Shown in pieces: positions 56,290 through 64,000 of a stretch of DNA of 64,000 bases. The first letter of the stretch is position 1. Each line of letters opens with the position of its first letter. Source of the DNA: Deltaproteobacteria bacterium (lineage in GTDB: Bacteria > Myxococcota_A > Polyangia > Polyangiales > JADJMO01); NCBI GenBank assembly GCA_025363655.1, contig JANYDK010000147.1:72046-136045 (forward strand), given 5' to 3'. A program made the translations under genes and the position numbers. The notes under the pieces were generated by a model. It was not told the DNA's origin. It ran no database searches and saw nothing but the letters and a program-made list of their open reading frames with translations.

Positions 56290-58395
56290 TCACCAGAAGC
56301 CGGTGAACGAGTCCGTCGCGTAGGCCGTCCATTGGCCGCGGCCGAGCTGATTGAGACGAAGCTGATCGTAGGAGAACTTCTCGTCGAGCTTGGCAGCGAC
56401 GACGTTGATCTCGAGATCGCCACCGGGGAGCCCGAGCTCGGGCTTGGCGCTGAAATCGGGGAGGTGCACGAGCCGCGTCTCTCCGGGCGCGACGATCGTC
56501 CAACCCGTCGAGCCATCGCTCGAGCTCACCCCCACGACGATCAAATCAGCTGATTTTGCCGGTAGATCGATGCCGAGGCTGCTGCCATCCCAAGCGCCCG
56601 TTGCGCTCGGGCTGGTGAGCTTGGGGATGGCGATGAAGGGGCCGGGGGTGACCGCCTTGGTCGACTCGCGCGTGTGATAGCGGAGGAGCGTCGAGAGCGG
56701 CGTCTGCGCGGCGCTGCCAGTGACGTCTTCGACCGCCAACGTGTACTGATTTCCGGCGAGCGTTCCGGCGAGCGGCGGGACCCCGATGAAGGAGAAGTCG
56801 CCGCCGAGCGGGAGGAGATCTTCACGATAGCCGTAGGGCAGCACCATGTAGCCATCGCCGAAGTCGACGCTGAGCGTGGTTTGCAAGCGATCGGGACCGC
56901 GCGGCGAGACCGGCGCGCCGCCGTCACCCGTGGGAACGTGCAACGTCACCGAGTGGGTGAACGAGCCGGTCATCGGGATGTAGACGCGCTCGATGGCCTT
57001 GCCGATGGGGACGCCGACGCCGCGAATGACGCCATACACATAGGGGTCGAACGATGGTGGCCCGGCCTCGGGGCGATCTTCGATGCCGGCGAGCGCATAG
57101 AGCGTGGCGTTGCCGGGGAGCGTGGCGAGCGAGAATTGATAGCCGACCGCGCCGGGACTGTCGGGAGTGACGGCCGTCGTCGGGTCGGGGAGATTGAAGC
57201 GCGCGAGGCTGTCACGACCGGCGACGAAGACGTACGCGACGACGCGCTGGCTCGGACGCGTGAGGTCGGGGATGCCCTTCCAAGGCCCTTTTTTGAACTC
57301 GACGCCGCTGCCGAAGACGATCTCGCCGTTGACGAAGCCGGCGTCGCGCACGCGTCCACCGGTGGGCGGGGGCGTTCCGTCGGGCGGGATGCAGGCGACC
57401 GAGAGGACCGGATTGAGATACGCGGTGACGCTGCGCACGGCGACGCCATCGAAGGTGATCGGCTGCAGGCACTTCTTCGTCAGCGTGACGGTGAGCGGCG
57501 CCGGAGGAGGCGTAGCGAAGGCGGCGACGCCGCTTCCATCGGTGAGCTTGGTCTGCACGGTGCCGTCGGCGCCGCGGACGACGATGGTCGCGCCTTCGAC
57601 GAAGACTCCGTCGGGATTGGCGAGCGCGAGGACGCTCAGCTCACCCGGAAGTTTGTCGCCAGCGAGCCCGCCACGATAGCCGTCGAGGGTGTCTGCATAG
57701 GTGTACGCGTCGCGGACGGTGTCGACGACGGCGTCGGGCGTGGTGACGGTGATCGACTTCGTGCCCGGGGTTCCCTTGGGCACGGTGCAATGGAGATGCG
57801 TCTCGTCGTCGACGACCAAGTCGCCGCAGGGCTTGCCGTCGATGGTGACGATGGTGCCTGTTTTCCAGAGTGTTCCGCGTCCGTTGAGCGTGATGTGGGT
57901 GCCACCGCTGGTGGCCCCGACGCTCGGGTCGGCGTAGTAGCTGTCGTAGAGGAAGCCGCCGGGGAGCACCGAGCGATCGCTCGTGATGGCATCGCTGACG
58001 AGGATGTCGACGGCGCCGACGTCACCAGGCGGCGTGGTCACCTGCAGGTGGTACGGGTCGCTGGCGATGATTTGATCGTCCGCGAGATCGACGGTGCCGA
58101 AGCGAACCTTGGTGTGGCTGGAGAAGCCGCGACCGCGCACCTCGACGCGCGTGCCGCCGACCCACGGACCATGCGACGGCGAGAGGCCGAGCACCGCATA
58201 TGCAGGGCCCGCTTCGAGATCGATGGGGGCCGTGTCGTCGACGCCGAGCGCACCGTCGGGGTTGAAGCCGCCGCTGTCGTCGTTGGGATGGACGCCGAGA
58301 TCGGGTCCGCTCTTGGCGCAGGCGAAGAAGCCACCGAGCATGCCGAGCCCGAGCACGATCGCCGAAAGGCGCAGCAACGGGCGGTGCTTCGGCAA
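56290..58395 (-). CDS. IPT/TIG-domain lipoprotein
   Basis: FFAC lipobox; two P..G...GGT.V.V.G.GF units. TTG start near 58395 is inferred because the longer ORF start runs through the repeat. Confidence 0.8.
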   Translation of the reverse strand: MPKHRPLLRLSAIVLGLGMLGGFFACAKSGPDLGVHPNDDSGGFNPDGALGVDDTAPIDLEAGPAYAVLGLSPSHGPWVGGTRVEVRGRGFSSHTKVRFGTVDLADDQIIASDPYHLQVTTPPGDVGAVDILVSDAITSDRSVLPGGFLYDSYYADPSVGATSGGTHITLNGRGTLWKTGTIVTIDGKPCGDLVVDDETHLHCTVPKGTPGTKSITVTTPDAVVDTVRDAYTYADTLDGYRGGLAGDKLPGELSVLALANPDGVFVEGATIVVRGADGTVQTKLTDGSGVAAFATPPPAPLTVTLTKKCLQPITFDGVAVRSVTAYLNPVLSVACIPPDGTPPPTGGRVRDAGFVNGEIVFGSGVEFKKGPWKGIPDLTRPSQRVVAYVFVAGRDSLARFNLPDPTTAVTPDSPGAVGYQFSLATLPGNATLYALAGIEDRPEAGPPSFDPYVYGVIRGVGVPIGKAIERVYIPMTGSFTHSVTLHVPTGDGGAPVSPRGPDRLQTTLSVDFGDGYMVLPYGYREDLLPLGGDFSFIGVPPLAGTLAGNQYTLAVEDVTGSAAQTPLSTLLRYHTRESTKAVTPGPFIAIPKLTSPSATGAWDGSSLGIDLPAKSADLIVVGVSSSDGSTGWTIVAPGETRLVHLPDFSAKPELGLPGGDLEINVVAAKLDEKFSYDQLRLNQLGRGQWTAYATDSFTGFW

Positions 58396-58451
58396 CCGAG
58401 CGGAGCGAGATTGACCGAAGCGGCCAAAGTTGCGAAGCAATCTTTGGCGAA
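58389..58451. repeat. Interspersed 62-bp hairpin repeat, copy 2
   Basis: Near-identical to 257-318, same orientation. Confidence 0.9.
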
Positions 58452-58486
58452 CGAAAAACATCTCCCGAATGGTAGGCGGCGCCGGG

Positions 58487-58879
58487 TCACTCGTCGAGCG
58501 ACACGACCACCGATTCGCCCGCCATCAGCTCGCTCAGCTCTTCCTCGCTGTCGACCTCGAAGTACGCGTAGGTCAGCTCGGTGCCGTCGCCCGGCGTCCA
58601 ACGTGTTCCGGGCGGCGGCGCAGGGCGCTTGACGGTCGCCGCGTCTTCGCACTCCACGAGCTTGCGCACGCCGACGAAGGCGTACGTGCCTTGGCGACCA
58701 TCCCAGTCGACCTCGTCGCCGTCGTAGTTCTCGGCAGCGAGCGCCTTCGCCTTCGCTTGCGCGCTCTCGGCGTCGTCGGCCTCGACGAGGAGCACGTTCT
58801 CCTCGACCGGGAAGGAGTCTTGTTCTTCTTCGTCGTCGAAGCGGACGATCGACACGCAGTGGGCGGCGAACCAGGCCAT
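58487..58879 (-). CDS. DUF4288-like small acidic protein
   Basis: MAWFAA...EENVLLVEADDAESAQAKA...FVGVRKL...DGTELT. Confidence 0.7.
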   Translation of the reverse strand: MAWFAAHCVSIVRFDDEEEQDSFPVEENVLLVEADDAESAQAKAKALAAENYDGDEVDWDGRQGTYAFVGVRKLVECEDAATVKRPAPPPGTRWTPGDGTELTYAYFEVDSEEELSELMAGESVVVSLDE

Positions 58880-58951
58880 GGCGATAATTATCATGAATTT
58901 CAGCCGGAGAAGGCAGGTTTCTTCGCCGACCGTGGTTGCGTAGGAGGCGCC

Positions 58952-60508
58952 ATGCGACCCATGCGTCACGTCCTCCGTCCGCGGCCGTTCGATCTCCGTC
59001 GTCCACTCTCGATCGCCGAGCTGGTGCCGAGCGCCACCCAACGCGCTGCCATCGAGGCCGACCCGTCGCGCCGGATGCTCGTCCTCGGGGACGCTGGGCA
59101 CGGCAAGACGACGCTGGTGCTCCTCCGACTCGCCGAGCTGCGCCGTCGCAAGCTGGCAGCGGGTGGTCGATTTCGTGCGCGGGTGATCGTCCCGACCGAA
59201 GGACTGCGCGCCTTCATCGACGACGATTTGGCGCGCCTCGGGCTTCCGCGGGAAGAGGTGCGCGCCGAGACCTACGAGCGTTGGGCCCTTCGCGCGGCCC
59301 GTCGTGCATTCGTCGATTTGCCTTCCCGCACCAGTGACGACGCGACGCCGGCGGTGATTCGTCTCAAGCGAGATCCGGCGCTCGTCGAGGCGATCGAGAT
59401 CCTCTCGCTGCGCGCTCCCGGCCTCGTCGACGACGACGAAGAGGCTCCGGCGGTCGAGACGCGCGCGCACGCGACGTGGGGTGACCTGCAACATCTCTTC
59501 GGCGATCGCGCGCTCCTCGAAGGCGTGCTCACGTGCGCCCGCGGTCGGGTGCCGAGGCACGCGATCGACGAGACCCTCGCGCACACCAAAGTGCAATTCG
59601 CCTGGCGCGCCGAGCAGCTCTTCGCCCACGTCACCGACGCGACGAAGATGAAGACGGTCGACGGCGCCGAGCTCGACGAAGGAACGCCGATGGCCGACGC
59701 CGGGAGCCTCGACGCCGAAGACGCTGCGGTGATGTTCGCCCTCGATTTCTCGCGTGCGCGTCGCCAAGGAGCCCGCGCGATGCGGCCGCCACTCCTCGAC
59801 TGCCTGGTGCTCGACGAGGCCCAGGAGCTGGCGCCGCTGGAGCTTCGACTCCTCGGCCGCAGCCTTCGGAAGCTAGGCGAAGGAGCCTCGTTGATCGTCG
59901 CGGGAGACGGCGAGCAACAGCTCGATCCGTCCGCCAGCTTTCCGGGTTGGACCTCCGCGATGGAGGCCTTGCGCGCTCGTGAGCACGACATCGTCACCCT
60001 CGATCACGGCTTCCGCTGTCCGATCCGCGTCGTCGCCCTCGCGCGTGCAGTGCGTGATGGGCGGGCGCCGAGCGAAGACGAGCTGAGGGGCCTCTCTCGC
60101 ACCCACGAGGACATCGACGAGACGGCGCGCTTTCTTCACGAGGAGCTGACGCACCTGCGGGAGCACGACGGCGCGGCGACGATCGCGCTCCTCTGCCATG
60201 ACGACGAGCTCCTCCGCGCCCTCCATGCGCGACTCCTCGAGCTCTCGATCGTCGTCCCGATCTCGCGGGAAGGACGTTTTCCCAAGCGTGGCGCGTTTCT
60301 CGCGCGCATCGAGGAGGTGCGCGGGCTGGAGTTCGACTTCGTCGTCGTGCCGGCGATCGAGCGCTTCGACGACACGCCGGCCGAAAGGCGGCGGCTCTAC
60401 GTCGCCATGACCCGCACCCGTCATCAGCTCCTGACGATTCGCCACGCGCGCGCGCTATACTCGGGCTCCGGTGGACGAGCTCGAGACCGTGGTGACGCGC
60501 TGGCGTGA
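58952..60508 (+). CDS. Compact SF1 helicase-like ATPase (UvrD/HelD family)
   Basis: GDAGHGKTT, VLDEAQE, AGDGEQ, FRCP, RGLEFD and LYVAMTR; SD aggagg. Confidence 0.85.
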   Translation: MRPMRHVLRPRPFDLRRPLSIAELVPSATQRAAIEADPSRRMLVLGDAGHGKTTLVLLRLAELRRRKLAAGGRFRARVIVPTEGLRAFIDDDLARLGLPREEVRAETYERWALRAARRAFVDLPSRTSDDATPAVIRLKRDPALVEAIEILSLRAPGLVDDDEEAPAVETRAHATWGDLQHLFGDRALLEGVLTCARGRVPRHAIDETLAHTKVQFAWRAEQLFAHVTDATKMKTVDGAELDEGTPMADAGSLDAEDAAVMFALDFSRARRQGARAMRPPLLDCLVLDEAQELAPLELRLLGRSLRKLGEGASLIVAGDGEQQLDPSASFPGWTSAMEALRAREHDIVTLDHGFRCPIRVVALARAVRDGRAPSEDELRGLSRTHEDIDETARFLHEELTHLREHDGAATIALLCHDDELLRALHARLLELSIVVPISREGRFPKRGAFLARIEEVRGLEFDFVVVPAIERFDDTPAERRRLYVAMTRTRHQLLTIRHARALYSGSGGRARDRGDALA

Positions 60509-62321
60509 AGTCGGCTTCGATGCAACCGTCGTCACCGATCCTCGCGCGACCATCCGCGCGCCCCTCGACACCGATTCGCCGATGGCGCCGCTCGTGCCGA
60601 TCGCATCGGCGGCCCTGACGCCGCTCCCCGCCTTCTCGCTCGAGACCGGTCTCCCGCACATCTCGGTCGATCTCCCGAGCACCTTCACCAGCGGCCAGGA
60701 GGCCGACGACAAGGCCCGCGGAGCGCGTCCCGAGCTCGAAATTCAAGGTCTTCTCGGTGAGGGCGGGATGGGACGCGTGTTCGTCGCGCGCCAGCGTTCG
60801 CTCGATCGCGAGGTCGCGATCAAGACGCTGCGCGATCGGGCGAGCCCCAACGATCGCCGCGCGCTCGTCGCCGAGGGCGCGGTCACCGGATACCTCGAGC
60901 ATCCGTCGATCATCCCGGTGCACGCCCTCGGGGTGCACGCCGACGGCAGGCCGGTGTTGGTGATGAAGCGCGTCGACGGCGTCTCGTGGCACGACCTCCT
61001 CCGCGACTCGTCGCACCCGGCGTGGGAAGGCTGGGCCGGCACGCCGGGCGATCGTCTCCCGGGTCACCTCGAGATCTTGATGCACGTCTGCAACGCGGCT
61101 CACTACGCGCACAGCCGCGGCATCGTCCACCTCGACATCAAGCCGCAAAACGTGCTCATCGGGCGCTTCGGCGACGTCTACCTCGCCGACTTCGGCATCG
61201 CCCATCGCATCGTCGCCGCAGCCACCGCGCGCATCTGCGGCACGCCGGCGTACATGGCGCCGGAGATGGCGACGGGGGACGAGGTCGACGCGCGCACCGA
61301 CGTCTACCTGCTCGGCGCCACGCTCCACGAGGTGCTCACCGGCAAGTCGCGCCACGTCGGCGATCACATCGCCGCCGTGATGTTCGACGCCGTCACCTCG
61401 CCTGCCTTCGCCTACGCCGCGACGGTCCCGACCGATCTGGCCGCGCTCGCCAACCGTTCGACCGCCAAAGATCGCGACGAGCGCCCGAAGACGGCAGCGC
61501 TCTTCCGCACCGCGCTCGCCGATCACCTCCGCCACAAGACGTCACGGGCACTCGTAAAATCAGCCACCGATCGCATCGCGAAGTTGCGTGCCCCGCTCGG
61601 AGGCGACGGTGGCGAGCGCGACGTTCACGACGCTCGAGACGAGAGTCGCGAGACAGAGCTCCTCCTCGCCGAAGCTCGTTTCGCCCTCGCCCAGGCCTTC
61701 GAGCAGTGGCCCGAGAACCCCGAGGCGAAGAAGGCGGAGGTCGCGCTCGAAGCTCATCTCTCCGCCCGTCGTGCCCGCTCTGCCGAGCTCGAGAAGATCG
61801 CCCGCCTGCTCGATCCACGGGTCGCGGCGAGGCAGCGCATCTACGCCATCGGCGGCATGGCCATCGTCACCTCGGCGATGCTCGCCAACGCCCTCGGCCA
61901 GGGCCTCCGTCACATTCCCGAACCGCGCTGGCTCTTCCGCGCCTCGTTCTTGCCCTGCATCGTGGTCATCCCCCTCACCCTCGCCTTTCGTCGTCAGCTC
62001 TCGGCGAGCACCATCAACAAGCAAGCCGCCTTCCTCCTCTGGGCCGGCAGCTATTCAATCTGCATCTCGCGCGCGCTCGACTTGCGCGCCGGAACTGCCG
62101 GGCCCGCGATGCTCGTCCACGACTCGATGATCGCCGCCGCCCTCGCCGCCTTCGCCGCCGCGACCTTGCCGCGCTGGGTCTGGGCCTCGTTCGCCTTCTT
62201 CGTCACCTCCGCCGTCGTCGGCACCCTCGACCCGGCGCTGGCGCATGTCGCTTTCAACGTCGCCGTCGGAGGCGCCCTGATGCTCGGCGTACTGTTCGCA
62301 CGGGAGAAGATGCGGAGTTAA
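60471..62321 (+). CDS. Hanks-type Ser/Thr protein kinase with C-terminal TM helices
   Basis: LGEGGMGRV, VAIK, HLDIKPQN, DFG, GTPAYMAPE and DVYLLG. Confidence 0.92.
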   Translation: MDELETVVTRWREVGFDATVVTDPRATIRAPLDTDSPMAPLVPIASAALTPLPAFSLETGLPHISVDLPSTFTSGQEADDKARGARPELEIQGLLGEGGMGRVFVARQRSLDREVAIKTLRDRASPNDRRALVAEGAVTGYLEHPSIIPVHALGVHADGRPVLVMKRVDGVSWHDLLRDSSHPAWEGWAGTPGDRLPGHLEILMHVCNAAHYAHSRGIVHLDIKPQNVLIGRFGDVYLADFGIAHRIVAAATARICGTPAYMAPEMATGDEVDARTDVYLLGATLHEVLTGKSRHVGDHIAAVMFDAVTSPAFAYAATVPTDLAALANRSTAKDRDERPKTAALFRTALADHLRHKTSRALVKSATDRIAKLRAPLGGDGGERDVHDARDESRETELLLAEARFALAQAFEQWPENPEAKKAEVALEAHLSARRARSAELEKIARLLDPRVAARQRIYAIGGMAIVTSAMLANALGQGLRHIPEPRWLFRASFLPCIVVIPLTLAFRRQLSASTINKQAAFLLWAGSYSICISRALDLRAGTAGPAMLVHDSMIAAALAAFAAATLPRWVWASFAFFVTSAVVGTLDPALAHVAFNVAVGGALMLGVLFAREKMRS

Positions 62322-64000
62322 ACACGCTCGACGCTGACGACGCCCTGCACCTTGGTCAGGGCGCGCATCACGCCTTTGAGTTGGTTCACGTCGCCGATTT
62401 CGAAGGTGAACATGTTGACGGCGCGGCCTTCGAGGTCGGCGCGGCAGTTGGCTTCGGTGATGTTGACGTTGAGCCCGTGGAAGGTGCTGCCGACGTTGGC
62501 GAGGATGCCCGGACGGTTGGCGGTGACGACCTTGAGCTGCACCGGGCGGTTGATCTTCGCCTTGGCATCCCAACCGATTTCGACGCGGCGCTCGGGATCG
62601 CTCTCGAACGCCTTCGCACATCCGCGCCGGTGAACGGTGATGCCGCGACCGCGGGTGATGAAGCCGGTGATCTCGTCGCCCGGCAGCGGGTTGCAACACT
62701 TGGCGTAGCGGACGAGGATGTCGTCGATGCCGTTGAGGCGAATGCCTCCGCCGTCTTTCCCGGTGATTTTTCGAACGAAGCGCTCGATCGAGCCTTCGCG
62801 GATGGTCGGCATCGGGGTCGAGAATTTCCCGCTCTCGGTGCGCGGCGTGAGGACGTCGAGCACGTCTTGCGGGGTGGTCTTGCCGTAGCCGAGCGAGACG
62901 TAGAGCTCGTCGACGGTCTGCATCTTCATCGCCTCGATGAGCCGGCGCATCTCGGTGCCGCCCTTGACCATCTTCGAGAGACTGATGCCCTGCTTGTGGA
63001 GCTCGCGTTCGAGGAGCTCTTCGCCGAGCTTCTTGCTGCGATCGCGCTCTTCGGAGCGGATGTGATTTCTGATCTTGGATTTGGCGCGCGAAGTGACGAC
63101 GAAATCGAGCCAGTCTTTGTTCGGCGCCTGGTTCGGGTTGGTGAGAATTTCGATCGAGTCGCCGTTGCGCAGCTTGTAGCGGAGGGGAACGATCGCCCCG
63201 TTCACGCGCGCGCCGACGCACTTGTCACCGACTTGCGTGTGCACCGCGTAGGCGAAGTCGACCGGCGTCGCGCCGCGCGGGAAGACGCGGACCTCGCCCT
63301 TGGGCGTGAAGACGTAGACCTCGTCTTGGAAGAGGTCGACCTTCACGCTCTCGAGGAACTCGGCCGGGTCTTTCAGATCTTTCTGGAACTCCATCAGCTG
63401 ACGGAGCCACTGGAACTTCTTCGCCTCTTCCTCGGCCACGCCGCCGCCGGAGCCTTGATGACGCTCCTTGTATTTCCAGTGCGCGGCGATGCCTTGCTCG
63501 GCGACGCGGTGCATCTCGCGGGTGCGAATTTGAACTTCGATGCGCTCGTGGCCGGGGCCGATGACCGTCGTGTGGAGCGACTGGTACATGTTCGGCTTCG
63601 GCAGCGCGATGTAGTCCTTGAAGCGCCCCGGCACCGGCGTCCACTTGCTGTGGATGACGCCGAGCGCGGCGTAACAATCGGCGACGCTCTCGACGAGCAG
63701 CCGGAAGGCGATGACGTCGTAGACCTGTTCGTACTCGCACTGCTGCGAGCGCATCTTCCGGTAGATCGACCAGAGATGCTTGGTGCGACCGGTGACCTCG
63801 ACCGCGAAGCCGTGCTCGGCGAGGCGCGACTCGATCGCCTTCACCACCTCGGCGATGTACGACGCCTGCTCGCTCTCGGACTTGGCGACCTTGGCGACGA
63901 GCGAGTGGTAACCCTCGGGCTCGAGCCAACGAAAGGCGAGATCTTCGAGCTCGCTCTTCATCCACGAGATGCCGAGACGGTTGGCGAGAGGAGCGTAAAT
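62318..64000 (-). CDS. relA: Bifunctional (p)ppGpp synthetase/hydrolase, long RSH; 5' end outside the window
   Basis: YAPLANRLG, GRTKHLWSIYRKM, KDYIALPKPNMYQSLHT, EVQIRT, AAHWKYKE; TGS (FTPKG...DFAY), CCNPLPGD and ACT domains. Confidence 0.96.
   Translation of the reverse strand: MYAPLANRLGISWMKSELEDLAFRWLEPEGYHSLVAKVAKSESEQASYIAEVVKAIESRLAEHGFAVEVTGRTKHLWSIYRKMRSQQCEYEQVYDVIAFRLLVESVADCYAALGVIHSKWTPVPGRFKDYIALPKPNMYQSLHTTVIGPGHERIEVQIRTREMHRVAEQGIAAHWKYKERHQGSGGGVAEEEAKKFQWLRQLMEFQKDLKDPAEFLESVKVDLFQDEVYVFTPKGEVRVFPRGATPVDFAYAVHTQVGDKCVGARVNGAIVPLRYKLRNGDSIEILTNPNQAPNKDWLDFVVTSRAKSKIRNHIRSEERDRSKKLGEELLERELHKQGISLSKMVKGGTEMRRLIEAMKMQTVDELYVSLGYGKTTPQDVLDVLTPRTESGKFSTPMPTIREGSIERFVRKITGKDGGGIRLNGIDDILVRYAKCCNPLPGDEITGFITRGRGITVHRRGCAKAFESDPERRVEIGWDAKAKINRPVQLKVVTANRPGILANVGSTFHGLNVNITEANCRADLEGRAVNMFTFEIGDVNQLKGVMRALTKVQGVVSVERV

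Noticed and set aside
257-58451. The two 62-bp copies as att sites bounding a 58-kb island
   Set aside because: There is no integrase, the enclosed genes include core-type eps genes with uniform composition, and the internal hairpins fit an interspersed repeat better.
58396-58461. N-terminal extension of the IPT ORF (MFFVRQRLLRNFGR...)
   Set aside because: It is a translation of the hairpin repeat; a nearly identical peptide appears in the spurious ORF 107-2017.
58952-62321. Helicase + kinase as an anti-phage defence pair
   Set aside because: No nuclease or methylase partner is present, the kinase is a typical membrane-bound myxobacterial type, and it appears to have its own -10 element.
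1-64000. tRNA, rRNA, transposase or prophage genes
   Set aside because: None were recognised by eye; tRNAscan and Rfam were not run.

Overview
GC-rich window, very probably from a myxobacterium of the Polyangiaceae/Sorangiineae type (inferred from gene content). It is bounded by partial argS on the left and partial relA/spoT on the right. Bases 0.4-19 kb hold a Wzx/Wzy exopolysaccharide locus syntenic with the Myxococcus xanthus eps genes. It encodes a flippase, Wzy, GT2s, an acetyltransferase, a WecB/TagA GT, a GH44 hydrolase, a BY pseudokinase, a co-polymerase, a receiver protein, a beta-barrel, a short OPX and the priming transferase. Divergent from it, bases 19.4-35.1 kb hold a 12-gene carrier-protein cluster that is the best candidate for an undescribed system. 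One arm encodes AcpS, an amino-acid carrier protein, an atypical acyl-CoA dehydrogenase, a SerRS-like amino acid:carrier-protein ligase, a BtrH-like DUF1839 protein, a GH2 and a fused Arg/Cys hydrolase pair. The opposing arm encodes a one-module C-A(Gly-like)-PCP NRPS that ends in the same Arg-type hydrolase domain, plus its Cys-type partner. A CelD/BcsL GNAT, an esterase and an Sfp PPTase follow. The inferred role is aminoacyl/acyl decoration of the exopolysaccharide. The right half encodes a pseudokinase-FGE protein, a bactofilin operon with a pentapeptide-bactofilin fusion, many Cys-rich lipoproteins (one with nested carbohydrate-binding-like domains), a minimal HelD/UvrD-like ATPase and a Ser/Thr kinase. 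Non-coding features are a 62-bp hairpin repeat present twice, a REPIN-like inverted repeat, and recurrent TANNNT hexamers just before start codons. All family calls come from motif recognition by eye; no searches were run.
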